DNA from: Octopus sinensis
Lineage: Eukaryota
Direction of reading: 5' to 3'
Assembly (NCBI RefSeq): GCF_006345805.1
Contig: NW_021833061.1
Span: 62,001-126,000, forward strand
Length of the DNA: 64,000 bases
In this document: positions 23,887 through 36,375 of the stretch, in pieces
How positions within the stretch are numbered: position 1 is the stretch's first letter
How the letters are laid out: every line of letters begins with the position of its first letter
Notes under the pieces: generated by a model
What the model was told of the DNA's origin: nothing
Database searches by the model: none
What the model saw: only the letters and a program-made list of their open reading frames with translations
Made by a program: the position numbers and the translations under genes

Positions 23887-26800
23887 TGTCGCGACCCACG
23901 CTGGCGACCATCCAACGCTGGCGACCATCCGACCTTCAATTTGACAGGTTATGACCTTCAGTGATGTATTTTTGACATTAATGACGGATTTGTCCCACAA
24001 TCTTTCAAGATTCGAACCTAAACTGTTATTATTTATTTATACCTCATTCCCTATTTCAAAATCATATTTTGACCTGTGTACTCCCATCTTTGTATTCATT
24101 CTTTTAAATAAGATGAATTCATGTCTGGAGGAGTGAAATTAAAATTTTGTTATTCGTTTCTAAAATAAATACATCGTAAATTACCACTAAGTTCATCTTC
24201 GACAAACGATGCCTCATTATTTTCATCTCTAAATTATAAATAAGATTATAACCTGGTATTTCATGAATCACAGTGTTAATTCCAGAAATACCCCTAAACT
24301 TTTTGAAGGGGGTCTCATTGATCGCCGAGTGGTGTGTCGTATTATAAAAAAGTTACTTTGTCTAAAAATTGTTTCCAATTTTTAGTTCCCTCTATTTCCA
24401 TCATTTTGGCCAGAGCACGAGTTAAGGTTTGGTTAAACCTCTCAATCACACCCTAAGTTATATAACTAACAAACTTGTGACTGAGGATGGTTTGGCCTTC
24501 CATAAATATGCTTAATTTTGTTTTACTCGCATAGTTGAGCCATAAGTTGGTTTTTGAATTCCAACCCTTGTCCGTTTGCAAGATCTGACAATATCCAATT
24601 TGATAAAACAAATTTTGGAATTTATTCACCACTTCTTCAAATAATTTTAAGTAAGTCTTACCAGAAGCAGTTTTATTTTTTAAAGATTTGCAGACAACAA
24701 ATTTGCTGTGGATGTCAATAATTGTAAGTATCCAATTACATCCATCATTAAACTCTTTATTCGTTTCTAAAATAAATACATGTGTATTCTATGTGGCGAC
24801 TTCAACGCCCACCATCCTCTCTGGTTATCCACAAACAAACTGACAAACGTGGCCAGCAAATCACAACGGATGCGGAAGAATTGATCACTCTAAACAACCC
24901 TCTTCTACACACCCGCTGTGCAATGCGACCTGGTGATTCAAACACTTCTCCTGACATTACCTTATGTTCCCCAAACATCGCCCTCGACGCCAAATGGACA
25001 GTTCTGTACGACCTACCAACGGACCACAATCCTATTCTAATCAAAATAAACCATCACCCTGTAAAGAAGAGAATTACGAAGACCTACATTAACTACAAAC
25101 GTGGGAATGGGACTCGTTCAGGAGTGAAACTGAACGTATATTCAGTAATTTTTCTTGCTCCTCCATTCAATCATTTGACGCTGCCGTTGCTTTCTTTACT
25201 AGTACACTTCTTTCTGCGGACAAAAAATTTATTCCCCGCGGCTTCATCCGAAATCACGGCCTCCACTTCCCCCCACCTATCATTGAACTATTCAAAAAAC
25301 GAAGGAGGATCAAATCGACGACTTCTATCAATGGAAATGGAGAATCTCTAGCAGAAATCAACAAACAAATTGACGAATTAATCAAGAAACATAAAACTGA
25401 CGAATGGAATGATTTTATCACTTCATAACCCCAAATACTGGATCCCGTGCTTTCTGGAGAACCCTCAAGAAAATTCACACGAGGCAAACATGTCCCCTCT
25501 CACATGCCACCGGTATCTCGACCAAAAAATCTGTCCTATCTTTCCAGGATCAAGCCAACATCTTAATTCGCCATTATGCAAAAATCAGTCACCTTCCTAC
25601 CCCAAAGGATCTCCGTTTCGTAAGAAAATCACATTATAAGTCAAATGACAATTCTACTGACTATTACATTAACATCCCAGAATCACTTACCAGGCAACTT
25701 GTTGTTAACTCGCGGAATTCTAACGCCAGAGGTCCTGATGGCCTTGCCATCCACCACCTAAAAAATCTGGGTCCTAATGGCTTTCTGGCTCTGACCAATT
25801 TAATCGAATACTCGATCAACCATGGTCTGGTTCCTATGCTTTGGAAGAAATCTACCATCATCCCTATCCCAAAGCCAAATCGTGATACCTCTGACCCCTC
25901 CTCTTTTCGACCTATCTCTTTGATCTCAGTGGTTTCAAAAATAACAGAGCGAGTTGTATTGAGCATCATAAAACCTTTCCTCCCATTTGCTGAATCTCAA
26001 CATGGCTTTCGTTCTTTGCATTCCACTTCCACCCATCTTTCAAAACTGACACAATTCATTGCGGATGGTTTAACAATCATAAGCCACCTCAAAGAACAAT
26101 TATTGCATCCATCGACATTGAAAAGGCATTTGACAGAACGTCAAGACACGTTCTGTGTAGGAAAATAACCGATACGGAATTCCCCCCATCAATAAAGTCA
26201 TGGCTACTCTCTTTTCTCTCTGGGCGTCTTGGTCGCACCACAATCATGGCTTCTTACTCACGCTACAAATACTTGCCTAACGGAGTTCCCCAAGGCTCGG
26301 TCCTTTCACCTGCCTTATTTAACTTACATCTGTCAAATATCCCGACGAACAATAATACTCTACTTCTCTCCTACGCTGATGACTTAATTTTTGCCTCCCG
26401 CCACCAAAACATAATCACCGCTTCTGGATTTCTGCAGGAACACATGAACACTCTTTCGTCCTGGCTGAAATGCAATCTTCTTCAACCTTCTCCTTCCAAA
26501 TCATCTGTTACGCTATTCACAACTGACCGCCGTCAGTTCAACTTAGAGCCTAAACTATTCCTAGACCACACTCCCTCCCAGTTGAAAAATCCCCCAAAAT
26601 CTTGGGTCTGATATTTGATTGCTGTTTGTCCTTCTCGAAACATGTTTCATATATCTGTGGAAAATCCCAGAAAAAACTCAATGTGCTCCGAGCTATTGCG
26701 GGGACTTCATTTGGGCAGGATAAGGAAAGTCTAACAGCTGTATACAAGCAGTTTATTAGAACAACTATGAACTACGCCATCCCTGCTGGGGTTCCTGCTT

Positions 26801-28133
26801 ATCTAATACAACCTTGAAAAACTTCAGAGAACTCAACTCAGCATTACGAATTATTACCGGCTGTCTAAAAACGACACCTACCGACCACCTACATTGGGAA
26901 TCGAAAATCCTTCCAATCAGTGACCATTTTGAATGCTCGGGCTGCAATTTCTTGACAAATGCCGAACCCTAAATCACCCTGGCTACTTCCTCTGGCACTC
27001 CACTAACAACAGGAGAATAGTTCCGACCCTCGCGGACAAAGTCCGCAAGCTTATACGATCCCCTCCGGACATTAACCAGAGGGGATTCACGACCTGGTGG
27101 CTACGAGGGCAATCAGATGTCTTGGAATAAACAAGCTTCTGGGACGCTTCCTCCGCCGCCAATTAATAAGATCGAATCCTCCCTCTCAAGAGAAGCCCGA
27201 GTGAACTTGGCTCGTCTCCGCTGTGGCCACCATACTGGCCTACATGATTATCGCATAAAAATCGGTCTTGGTGAAATAACCCCTTCCTATTCCCTCAACG
27301 ACCTTTTCTCCTGTCCAGGCCCGCCTTCTACTTCCTCGGAACACCGGATCACGATCGGGGATCTTTGGGAGCGTCCGACATTGGCTCTAACGTTCTTGTT
27401 AGCCACCGGCTTCCTTCAATTGAAGGGGCGGGGGTAAATAATAAATAAACTCTTTATATCTTCTTACATCAATAAGATCCGCCTGGAATCTTTCATTGGG
27501 TTTTCCTGCAGTTACATGGTAATTAGAATCCGACACCTAGGTATATTTTTTTAAAATACTTTCAATGGTAGGGCAAATTTACAAATTTCGCAGTCTTTTA
27601 TAATTTGTTCGATGATTGGACGTTTTACAGTGAAATAGAATTCACTGCACTTTTTCTGAAGCTTTCGTATTCCCCAGTGGGATTCTTGGTGAATGGCGAA
27701 TGCTAGTGTCCTCATCTCCATTTCATTGTCCAGACAAATGACCAATTTGTGTTTTTGGTTATTCTCGTCCTTTAGATAAAGACTATGAGTTAGGAGTCGC
27801 AAATATACCGATCATTAATAATGATAAATTGAGTCGCTTTTTTCATAAGTTTGTATTTTTCTGACTTGGATGTAGTCATCACTGGTTGTTGAAGTAGTAC
27901 AACTTCTCAGATTTTGGTATTCACTGTCGTTTTTCACGTAGCCTAAGAATTAAGACTATATGAGCTAACATCTTTGAGAGAAACATAATTTTTTTCTAAA
28001 ATGACGCTAACCATTTCTTAAAATGAATTTTTTCCGGTTTAAATATCAAACTAATCACCTGTCAAACTGAAGGTCATAACCTGTCAAACTGATGGTCGCC
28101 AGCGTGGGATGGTCGCCAGCGTGGGTCGCGACA
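23887..28133 (-). mobile_element. Ginger2/TDD-like DNA transposon B, interrupted by a LINE
   Basis: TIRs TGTCGCGACCCACGCTGGCGACCATC; 5-bp TSD tattt; H2C2 motif (HQESHWG..CEIC); QADLIDVRRYKEF|NDGCNWILTIIDIHSKF; GRPNHPQSQ. Confidence 0.82.
24782..27445 (+). mobile_element. 5'-truncated I/Jockey-group LINE (partial APE, RT, C-terminal domain), frameshifted
   Basis: GDFNAHH, SPDITL, TDHNPI, FRPISLIS, GVPQGSVLSP and SYADD; (TAA/TAAA) tail; 12-bp TSD taaactctttat (24749-24760, 27446-27457). Confidence 0.9.
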
Positions 28134-28263
28134 TATTTAAATGAATATTATTTAATTTAAATGGGTTTTAAGAATATTCCTTTTTGCTGTTACAGACTGT
28201 ACATGTTAATTTTAATAATGTTTCAGATTTCAGATTTATTAATATTTTTTCTATAGTGTTAAT

Positions 28264-31200
28264 GAATATAATCTGTTGATAAGTTGTTGTGGTGTTGTGC
28301 ATGTCCGTTCCTAATGATATGAGGAAATCGAATCCTAGGGGCCTTCCTGCGAAAAAGGATAAAAATAACATAACAAGTGCAGGAGTGTCGTCTCTGGGGC
28401 TGGATAACAGCACAAGGACTAGTATTCATGACAATCCAATTGCTGGGAATCCTACTATCCCAACTAACTTGCATTCCCTTTCGGCCATTATCGATGATGC
28501 TATTTGTGTTTCTGAAGCTGAGTGGGTGTCTCAGATTGTTTATGCCACGAAGCAAAGAATTGGGAGGATACCAAGAGGTGGATGGAACCTTATCCGTGAG
28601 AAGTTTAATTCAAATTCTCGAAGAGTGCAAGTCTCAGTCAACTCAAAGGAATGGTTAACCAATGAGAGTGGATAATAATTATGGAAGCAATTGCCATCAG
28701 AAGCAATTTCTTGAGAGCTCAGAAATTTCCACTTTTAGAAAGTGTCTAGAAGAGTTGAATATACAAATTAAGAATATTGAATCGATTCCAAGGGATTCAC
28801 GTAAACCAACTCCAAAAATTCAAAATAAATATTTGAAAACTGATATATTGACAGGATTGAATTCGGCGATATATTATATTACGAAAGATAATCATCCTAA
28901 TGATATCAATAGCATTTCTGATATTCTATATGCTGCTCAATGTGCGTATTTATCTCTAACCATGAGAGACAAAGCACAGAGCACATGGGTAGAAAATATT
29001 GAAAAGAAAATTTCAAAATTATCTGCAGAATTGGAAATTGTTAATTCCCATTCCAATCAAACACTACCTCCATCTGAAAAGCAAAAGGTAATGGATGTTC
29101 TCTGTCGCTATGGGTATAAGAAAACTAAGAAAGGTGAGCTGTCGAGGATTCAGATATTATTGCAAGACCTGATTAGGATTAACAATAAGAAAATAGAAGT
29201 TCATAATTCAAGGAAGCAATTTCGTAAGGATAATCAGTGCTTTGAATTAAATCGAAAAAGATTCTATCGAGACTTAACAAAGAAAGAGGAAGTGACGCTG
29301 TATGGATTTGATGATGAAGAATGTGTCTCTTTTTGGCAAAAAGTCTGGAGCGAGAGAAATGAGAGGCCTCAATTTTATGACGTTGTTGGAAAACGAACTA
29401 CTTGTGCTGAACATATGCTTCCAGAGTTTACGGAAGTTTTTTGGAAATGTTATTAAGTATCTTCCTGACTGGAAGGCATGTGGATGTGATGGGATATATA
29501 ACTTTTTCATTAAGAAGATGGAGTCATTACATGGATTTCTGTGTCACGAGATAACCCGAATAATTAATGGAGAGTACATGCCTGAAAGTTGGTTTTACAC
29601 TGGAATAACATATTTGATTCCTAAAAAAGATGATTGTGAGACCCCGAAGGACTTACGTCCTATAACGTGTATGCCGACATTGTATAAACTTGTCACCAAA
29701 TGTGTTAATGTAAAACTGGCTGATTTTGTCGAGGCATTTGGCCTAATTTCAGACAACCAACTTGGAACGAGGAAGTATTGTCAAGGCGCCAAGGAGCAAG
29801 CTCTCATTAACCAATGTTTGAACAAGGAGTACGGGAATGGCCTTTATTCTGCTTGGGTCGATGTGAAAAAAGCATATGACTCAGTTGATCATGATTTTTT
29901 GTTTCACGTTTTGGATTGTTCTGGAATCCCGCTTTGGATCGTAAACTTTGTGAAGAGCGTAGTTAAGAAGTGGGCAGTAAAGCTGCATATGGAAGGTAGA
30001 AGAATTGGATCAGTGAAGTTAAACCGAGGAATTTTACAGGGAGACTCATTGTCTCCTTTACTATTTGTTATGGTATTAGATCCTCTAAGCAGGATCCTTA
30101 ATTCCGTGTTTCCAAAACTTGAAATTAACCAGGAAGATCCCAATATGTTAACATATTCTACTAATCATTTGCTATTTATTGACGATCTAAAAATATTGCT
30201 CTCAAACAAGACACTTTACTCAAAATGATGGAAGCTGTTAACGGATTTTTAAAATTGTTGGTTTGGAGATGAATTCAGAAAAATCAGCGTCTAATTTGGA
30301 ATCATTATCATGTTGTAAGACTATTGACGGAATCAATGGATATCGGTATTTGGGTGTACTTGAAGATGGTGGAAGCAATGTTCTTAAGAATAGAGTTATG
30401 GACTCTATCTTTGAGAATGTTAAGAAGGATAACTATGCTATCGAAAACAAAACTCAACTCTGTGAATCTGTTTCGTGCTATAAATGAATATGCATTGTCA
30501 CTATATAATTATTATATTGGGCTAATCAATATTGAACCTTCTGAATTTGATGATATTGACAGACAAATACGGCAATTGCTTACGTCGCTCAGATTACATC
30601 TCAAACCTGCAAATAAGAGAGACTGTATTTAAACCGGAAGGCTCTTGGAAGAGGCTTTCATCAGTTACTTTCAAAAGTGAACTAATGCTCTTTCAGTTCC
30701 TTACGAGTCTGGAAAATATGTCAACTATATGCTTACGGAGGGCGGGGATTCTGCGTGTAATTAAAATGAATAAATGGCATTTGGCTATGATCGCAGGATT
30801 TCTATCCTCCAAATATGCAATTATTGATAAGAAGAGTATTACTATGGAGTCTCTAAAGTTCCAGTCAGATACAATATTTACAAAAGAAAATTAGTTCTAA
30901 AGCACTACATTCTGTGCTTTTCAAATGTGTGGATGAACCTAATGTTGATTTACCTGCATCCTCAGAATGGCTATCTAATGGAAATAATGGGCCACGAAGC
31001 GAAGCATTGTATTGTCTTTTGCAAGATCGAAACTTGTTCTTTGCATCCGCTGACTCATTATGCAATCATTGTAAGAAAAGCAAGAAAACTGTTGACCACA
31101 TGGCTACTCAGTGTGGTAAAATGCTCAACAGTGATTATCTCCGGAGACACAACGAAGTTGTGAAGTGTATTCACCTTAACTTGTGCCGAATGTATGGACT

Positions 31201-31884
31201 CAAAAAAGCAAGACGATTGAAGGGACATTCTGTTCAGTCAACACTGTCGACGGGAAAAGTTGAAATCAGGGTTGATTCTACAATCCTCACCGAAACAAAA
31301 GTAGAATATAACAAGCCAGATATCTTTGTCCACGACAAAGTCAGAAACGAAATAAATCTAATTGAAGTGGGTATTACTTCACAGGATCGCCTCAAGCAAG
31401 TGGAGGTTGAAAAGTGTCACAAGTATGACCTATTGGCAAGTGAGCTTTCGCTTCTGTATAGCTGTCAAGTAAAAATAATTCCTGTGGTTATGACATGGGA
31501 TGGAGTTGTCTCGAAATGCTTCAAAAATTATATGAAAGAAACTATCTATTGAAGCAGGAACGAGGACATACATCCAATCCGTTGTACTGAAAAGAACGCT
31601 CGAGAGTATGATGATCGAACACAGCACGGAATGAAGGTATCTGGTGAAGAATACGCTTCTCTGCTTCCAACCGGTATGTGGAGATGGCATGCAAAAATGA
31701 AGACGACCCAATGAATGCTAAAGAAGATGCAATGGTTGAATCAGATGTGGTAGTGGGGAGTAAGAGGCAGCTGGAAGTAGACTCTTCTTCCAAGAGAAGG
31801 AGAGTGGATATCAGCGAGCTGGAGTGAGATCTGCTTAGTTTCTGATTAACTATTAATTATTGGTTTAAAAACGTTATATTGTTT
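28264..31884 (+). mobile_element. Full-length R4/Dong-like RLE non-LTR retrotransposon, copy 1, several frameshifts
   Basis: RT motifs DLRPITC, DVKKAYDSV, GILQGDSLSP, FIDD; CCHC plus RHNEVV, KPDI, IEVGITSQD, EK..KYD; candidate 10-bp TSD tagtgttaat. Confidence 0.88.
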
Positions 31885-32265
31885 TAGTGTTAATCCTTAA
31901 TTTTATAAAATCTCTTAGATCAAAGATTTGTTTGATTTGGAATTGAAGCATGGATGAATGATCGTTTTCATGTGTGCCAGAATATGAACGAAACAATCCA
32001 AGAAGAGATAATTGAATTGAAATATAATGAAGAATATATCACAATTTTAACAGGATGGTATTCTAATTTTGGCAATCAAAATCTACAAATGAAATTTCCA
32101 AATTTTGGAAGGAAATGAGTAATGTACTATTGACATTCCCTACCGCTTATTTAGTTGAAAGTGGATTTAGTTTTGTCAATCATATACACAATGTGAAAGA
32201 AATAGACTGAAAGTGTGTTATAGAGGCGATATACGCCTAAAGTTGAGCAGAATTAAACCCGACAT

Positions 32266-32689
32266 TTATTTATTTATTTATTAAACACCAAGACCACAGT
32301 TAAGACCGAACTAATTAGCGTGTGATCCGACGCACTTCGACGGAGATCCTCCGGAAGGTTCAATCCTATGCAAAGTGCATCGTCCTGCGACGACGATGTC
32401 CCAGGGGGTAGGAGAGCTATTGGTCCTTTTTCGGTGAGCATTAGGTGCCCCCTCGGCGTTTCCAAATCCAGTCGAAATCTCCAAGTGAATTTGGTGGACC
32501 ACGTAACGCCTTTCTAAGGCCGGATAGGAAGGAGATCCTTTTTGACATCCGTGTCGTGCCAGATGTACTCGTCACCTCACGGGCAAGGAACTTCGACGAG
32601 ATTAACCCCGACTCCAAAGTAGCCTCTTCTGGATTCGAACCCACGACGACTGAATTCCAGTATCCAGAGCATTCTCTTCAGCCAGAGGG
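32266..32689 (-). mobile_element. tRNA-derived SINE inserted in the hAT transposase remnant
   Basis: A-box-like TGGCTGAAGAG, B-box GGTTCGAATCC, (AATA)n tail and 7-bp TSD ccgacat. Confidence 0.85.
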
Positions 32690-34139
32690 CCGACATAGAA
32701 TATTTAGCGAGTAAACATCAATATCAAGGGTCTCGCTATAATTTTAATAAAATTTCAATTTTTTACATTTGATTTATTATTTATATTTTGATTTTTGAGT
32801 TATATACAAAAAACAACCAATTAAGGGACAATGCCCAAAAATTTTTAAATTGTATGTGGACAAGGGGGCGACAAAAATATCTAAGGGGGCGATGAACAAA
32901 AAAAGGTGAGAATGCCTGCTCTAATGTAACTACAAAATCTTTTCTCCTGGGCTTTTGAGTCCTTTGAGGTATTTAAGACGAGGACGTCGTCAGCGTATAT
33001 GAGGAGGTTTTTCCAGGAGTTGGAGGTGAAAGAAACTGCTCATACAATTGTAAATAGAATTGGGTTGAGACAAGACCTCTGTGCCTCACCCCTTTAAAGC
33101 TAGACGTTTATCGAGTAAAGGCCTGATTCAGACATGAAAAAACGGTTTGAAAGAAAACAACTCAGCCAGAGAGGCCTTTTCTGTTGGCTCACACTCTTAA
33201 ACTCTCTCTAACAGGTTTGATGCCACACGCTTCAAAAGCCTTTGAGATATCTAGGCATATGAGAGGTAGAGTTTCTTTAAACTTCATTGCTCTCGCAACA
33301 TAGACTGAAACGTCAGGAGCATTCACTGCAGCTCCGTCCAGCATGAAAACCCCATTGCTTTAGAAGCAGCACATTTTTGATTTTGGAAAGGAATCAAAGC
33401 GCTTGGCCATAGTTTTTTCAATCCTTGAGATAATTGATAATTGGGATTAGATTTATAAGACGGAGCTGCTAGGCAGGCTCTTGACCAATCGGATCTTGGA
33501 AATTTTCCAAGATATGGCACGTGACTTAATCGCAACTCACGATCGGGTTGGTGCCCCCTGATAACAATAGACAGGCCAGTAGTTCTGACTCGCAACTTTG
33601 CGAGGTATCTAGACAAGGCCTTCTATGTTTTGGCCAAGTAATTTGCGAATATGTTGAGAATCCCTCCGGCGAAGCAGGCATGCAGGATTGGTTGCACATT
33701 TTAATTTTTTTCGATGGGTTTTATATATGTGACTGCTTACTTTTCGTCGGCAACTTTGAATTTTTGTTAATAGTTATCTGACTAGGGTTTAACGTTTTTT
33801 ACATCTCGCAAGTTTTGAATTCGTGCATTTTGTCTTTAGTTTATGTAAAAAAGTACAGATACAATAGAGCTAATTTTTCCGAAAAACTAAACAAGTCATT
33901 CAGAGACAAATCTATTATGGATGATCATTTCTGGACATGAAACGTTTGAATAAAGAAATTCTAAATATTGTCGAATTATGCTAACGTTCAATAAGTGAAT
34001 ATTTAACTGTCTCTTTGACTATATCAAGTAAGGTTTCAGATAAGAAATTTATAATCATACCTTTTAATAATTGTTATCTAAGTGTATGATTACTAAGATT
34101 AAAATTCCGAATTGATCGAAATTGATTAAATAAATTTTA

Positions 34140-36127
34140 CAGTACGACCCCGTTTGGGGCAGCATTTTTATCATAGTGCCCAAAAAGCGGGGGGCCCCAA
34201 AATGCGAGGGTAAAAGATTTTTTGCTTTTTATTTTCTCCTCAATAGATTTTTTATTGCATTTTAGACTATAAATTAAAATTATTTAATATTAATAAAAAT
34301 TCTAACATAGTCCTTTCTTAATAAAATTTAAAAATTTTAATAAATCCAACAAAAAATACTATTAAAAGTAATCAGTAATTTTCTCACCGAATTGGTTTTT
34401 TTTCAGTTTCTCCTGATAGGTTTTTTTCTATTCGTAGTAGATTTTCAAAATTGTGGACATGTACTGAAATATTATCTTCTAGAGAATTCACGATGTTTAT
34501 GATTTCTTTAATTGATGATTTTTTAGATTCATATCCATCATAAGTAATTTTGTCCTCAATAATATCTGTCGATCCATTGAAATAACATCTGAAATCACGT
34601 CATCTATTATTCTTCGTCCAATGTACATTATCCGAAATTTTTGATCTGTTTTCATTTATTTTCTGCCAGCAATTAATTATCGTTGTCTCTGACATCATTT
34701 TCCATGCCTCCCCGACAACTGTAATGACTTGTCTAAGATTGACATTATTCAAATTCAATCAGAAAGCTGTTCTTTTTCAAATATAAGAGTAAAATCAATC
34801 AGTTTATTGAAATAGAGGGACTTGAAGGATTTTATTATTCCCATATCTAGGGTTGAATTAAAGCGGTCGTATTTTTGGGAAGAAAAGTAAATAAACATTG
34901 GAATATTCTGTATTTCTGTGACAGCTCGCATTATCCAGTATTAAGACAATTTTTCTCTTTTCATTGATCATATCTTGATTTACTTTCCATAACCATTTCC
35001 CAAAAAATATCACTAGTCATCCACGATTTTTTGATGCAGCATTAGTACTCCGTGATCCTCAGCGTTAAAATTTTTTAAACACCTAGGAGATTTGAATTTT
35101 CCAATTAATAGAGGTTTTAACTTTTCACCAAGTGCATTACAACAAAGGAGAAGGGTAACTTTCTCTTTGCTCATTTTAATTCCATTGCATTTGTCATTAA
35201 TTGAACAAAAGATTTCGACGGCGTTCGCTTTATGTATAAAGCTGTTTCATCACAGTTAAAAATATTTTCACTCCTACAGTTTCCAAACAGTTGTCATAAT
35301 CAGCAAAAAATTGGAAACCGTAGAAAGGTCAGATGAATTCTTTTCTCCACTTATAGTTTTAAATAGCAACTCGTGTCTTTTTCTTGAACCGGTCTAGCCA
35401 TCCATTTGATGCCTTAATGATTCATAATTTATCTTTTTAGATAATTTTTTTGCAATCAGTTTTAAGATAGTTCCAGAAATTGGAAGAAATTCATCTCTCA
35501 GACGTAGAAAAGTTTCAAAAACTATCTATCTAATTCATTATTTGGATCATGTGATTCCTTGATTCTATCGGATTCAGTTAATCCGCGTCAAAATAATAAC
35601 AAATTTTGTTTAATGCGAGAAATAGTACCTGTAATAATAATTAGTTAAAAAAGATACCTTTGCTCGTTTTATACTTTTTAGCAAGATCTCTTTCTGAAAA
35701 TGACCATGTTTTATATCTTTAGCGATTTTAATTTTGTTTCATAATTAATCTTGAATTCTTTTTACGAACCATACTTTTTTTTTTTTTTTTTTGAAAACAA
35801 AAAAAAACTAGCTATTATGACTGGCTCGCGGAATTGAAAGACATTCCCGCGTAAAACAGCCAGCGAGATCCTCTGAATGAGGAATATAAATTCGAACCAT
35901 ACTAAAGTCAAAATAAACACGTGAAATAATAGTATTAATTAATAATTAATAAATAAAACTAACATTTTGGTATTAAATAAATTAAATAAGTGCCCCAAAC
36001 CGGGGTCATCAAAAATAAATAATAGAAGAAAAATTTACTGTTTTCAAAAACTGCCCCTAAAAGCGGGGTGCCCCAAACCCGAGGGTGCCCCACCCATGGG
36101 TCTGCCCTGCCCAAACCGGGTCGTACG
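34140..36127 (-). mobile_element. pogo/Tigger (CENP-B/jerky-type) DNA transposon with a degenerate transposase and a 29-nt intron
   Basis: TIRs C(A)GTACGACCCCG.TTTGGG flanked by TA; HTH ..LAKKYKTSKGTISRI; ASNGWLDRFKKRH; NCDETAL; LDMGII. Confidence 0.85.
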
Positions 36128-36375
36128 TATCTCTTTTTGATTTTAGCAACTTTAACTATTTAATGATTTTTGGGCCCTAGTAGCAATTTGAAACAACTTC
36201 CATTTTTCACGGCCTTCGTTACCTTCATAAAACTATTCTAAAAATTAAAAAGTATTTTATCACATTTTAAAAGTTTTATCTTTGATAATTTATCATTAGA
36301 CACATAAATTTAACGGTACATTATTTTGGTATATGATATGAAACCCGATAACCACAGTACATTAATTTTTTATAG

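Larger units (their letters stand above)
20546..28199 (-). mobile_element. Tc1-family (DD34E) transposon with ~200-bp TIRs; transposase at ~20764-21680; right TIR split by two Ginger insertions
   Basis: TA TSD; termini CAGTCTGTAACAGC; FSDE, VKHGGGSLMVWACFS, FQQDNDPKHT and QSPDCNQIENLW. Confidence 0.9.
20433..32918 (+). mobile_element. hAT (Buster-type) transposon remnant expanded by nested insertions
   Basis: Imperfect TIRs CAGGTGTTCTCAACC / GGTGAGAATGCCTG; perfect 8-bp TSD ctctaatg (20425-20432, 32919-32926; nnnTAnnn); transposase C-terminus FPTAYLVESGFS..RGDIRLKLSRIKPD at ~32100-32265. Confidence 0.9.
20100..33560 (-). mobile_element. Degenerate LINE RT fragment (pieces 32919-33560 and 20100-20432), interrupted by the 12.5-kb hAT nest
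   Basis: LDISKAF, NPILFTI and IYADDVLVL on one side and ILSSLMYGINAW on the other; the reading path is continuous across the hAT TSD. Confidence 0.7.

Noticed and set aside
32610-32689. Functional tRNA gene
   Set aside because: The cloverleaf is imperfect, and the head continues into a ~340-bp body with an (AATA)n tail and TSD, so it is a SINE head.
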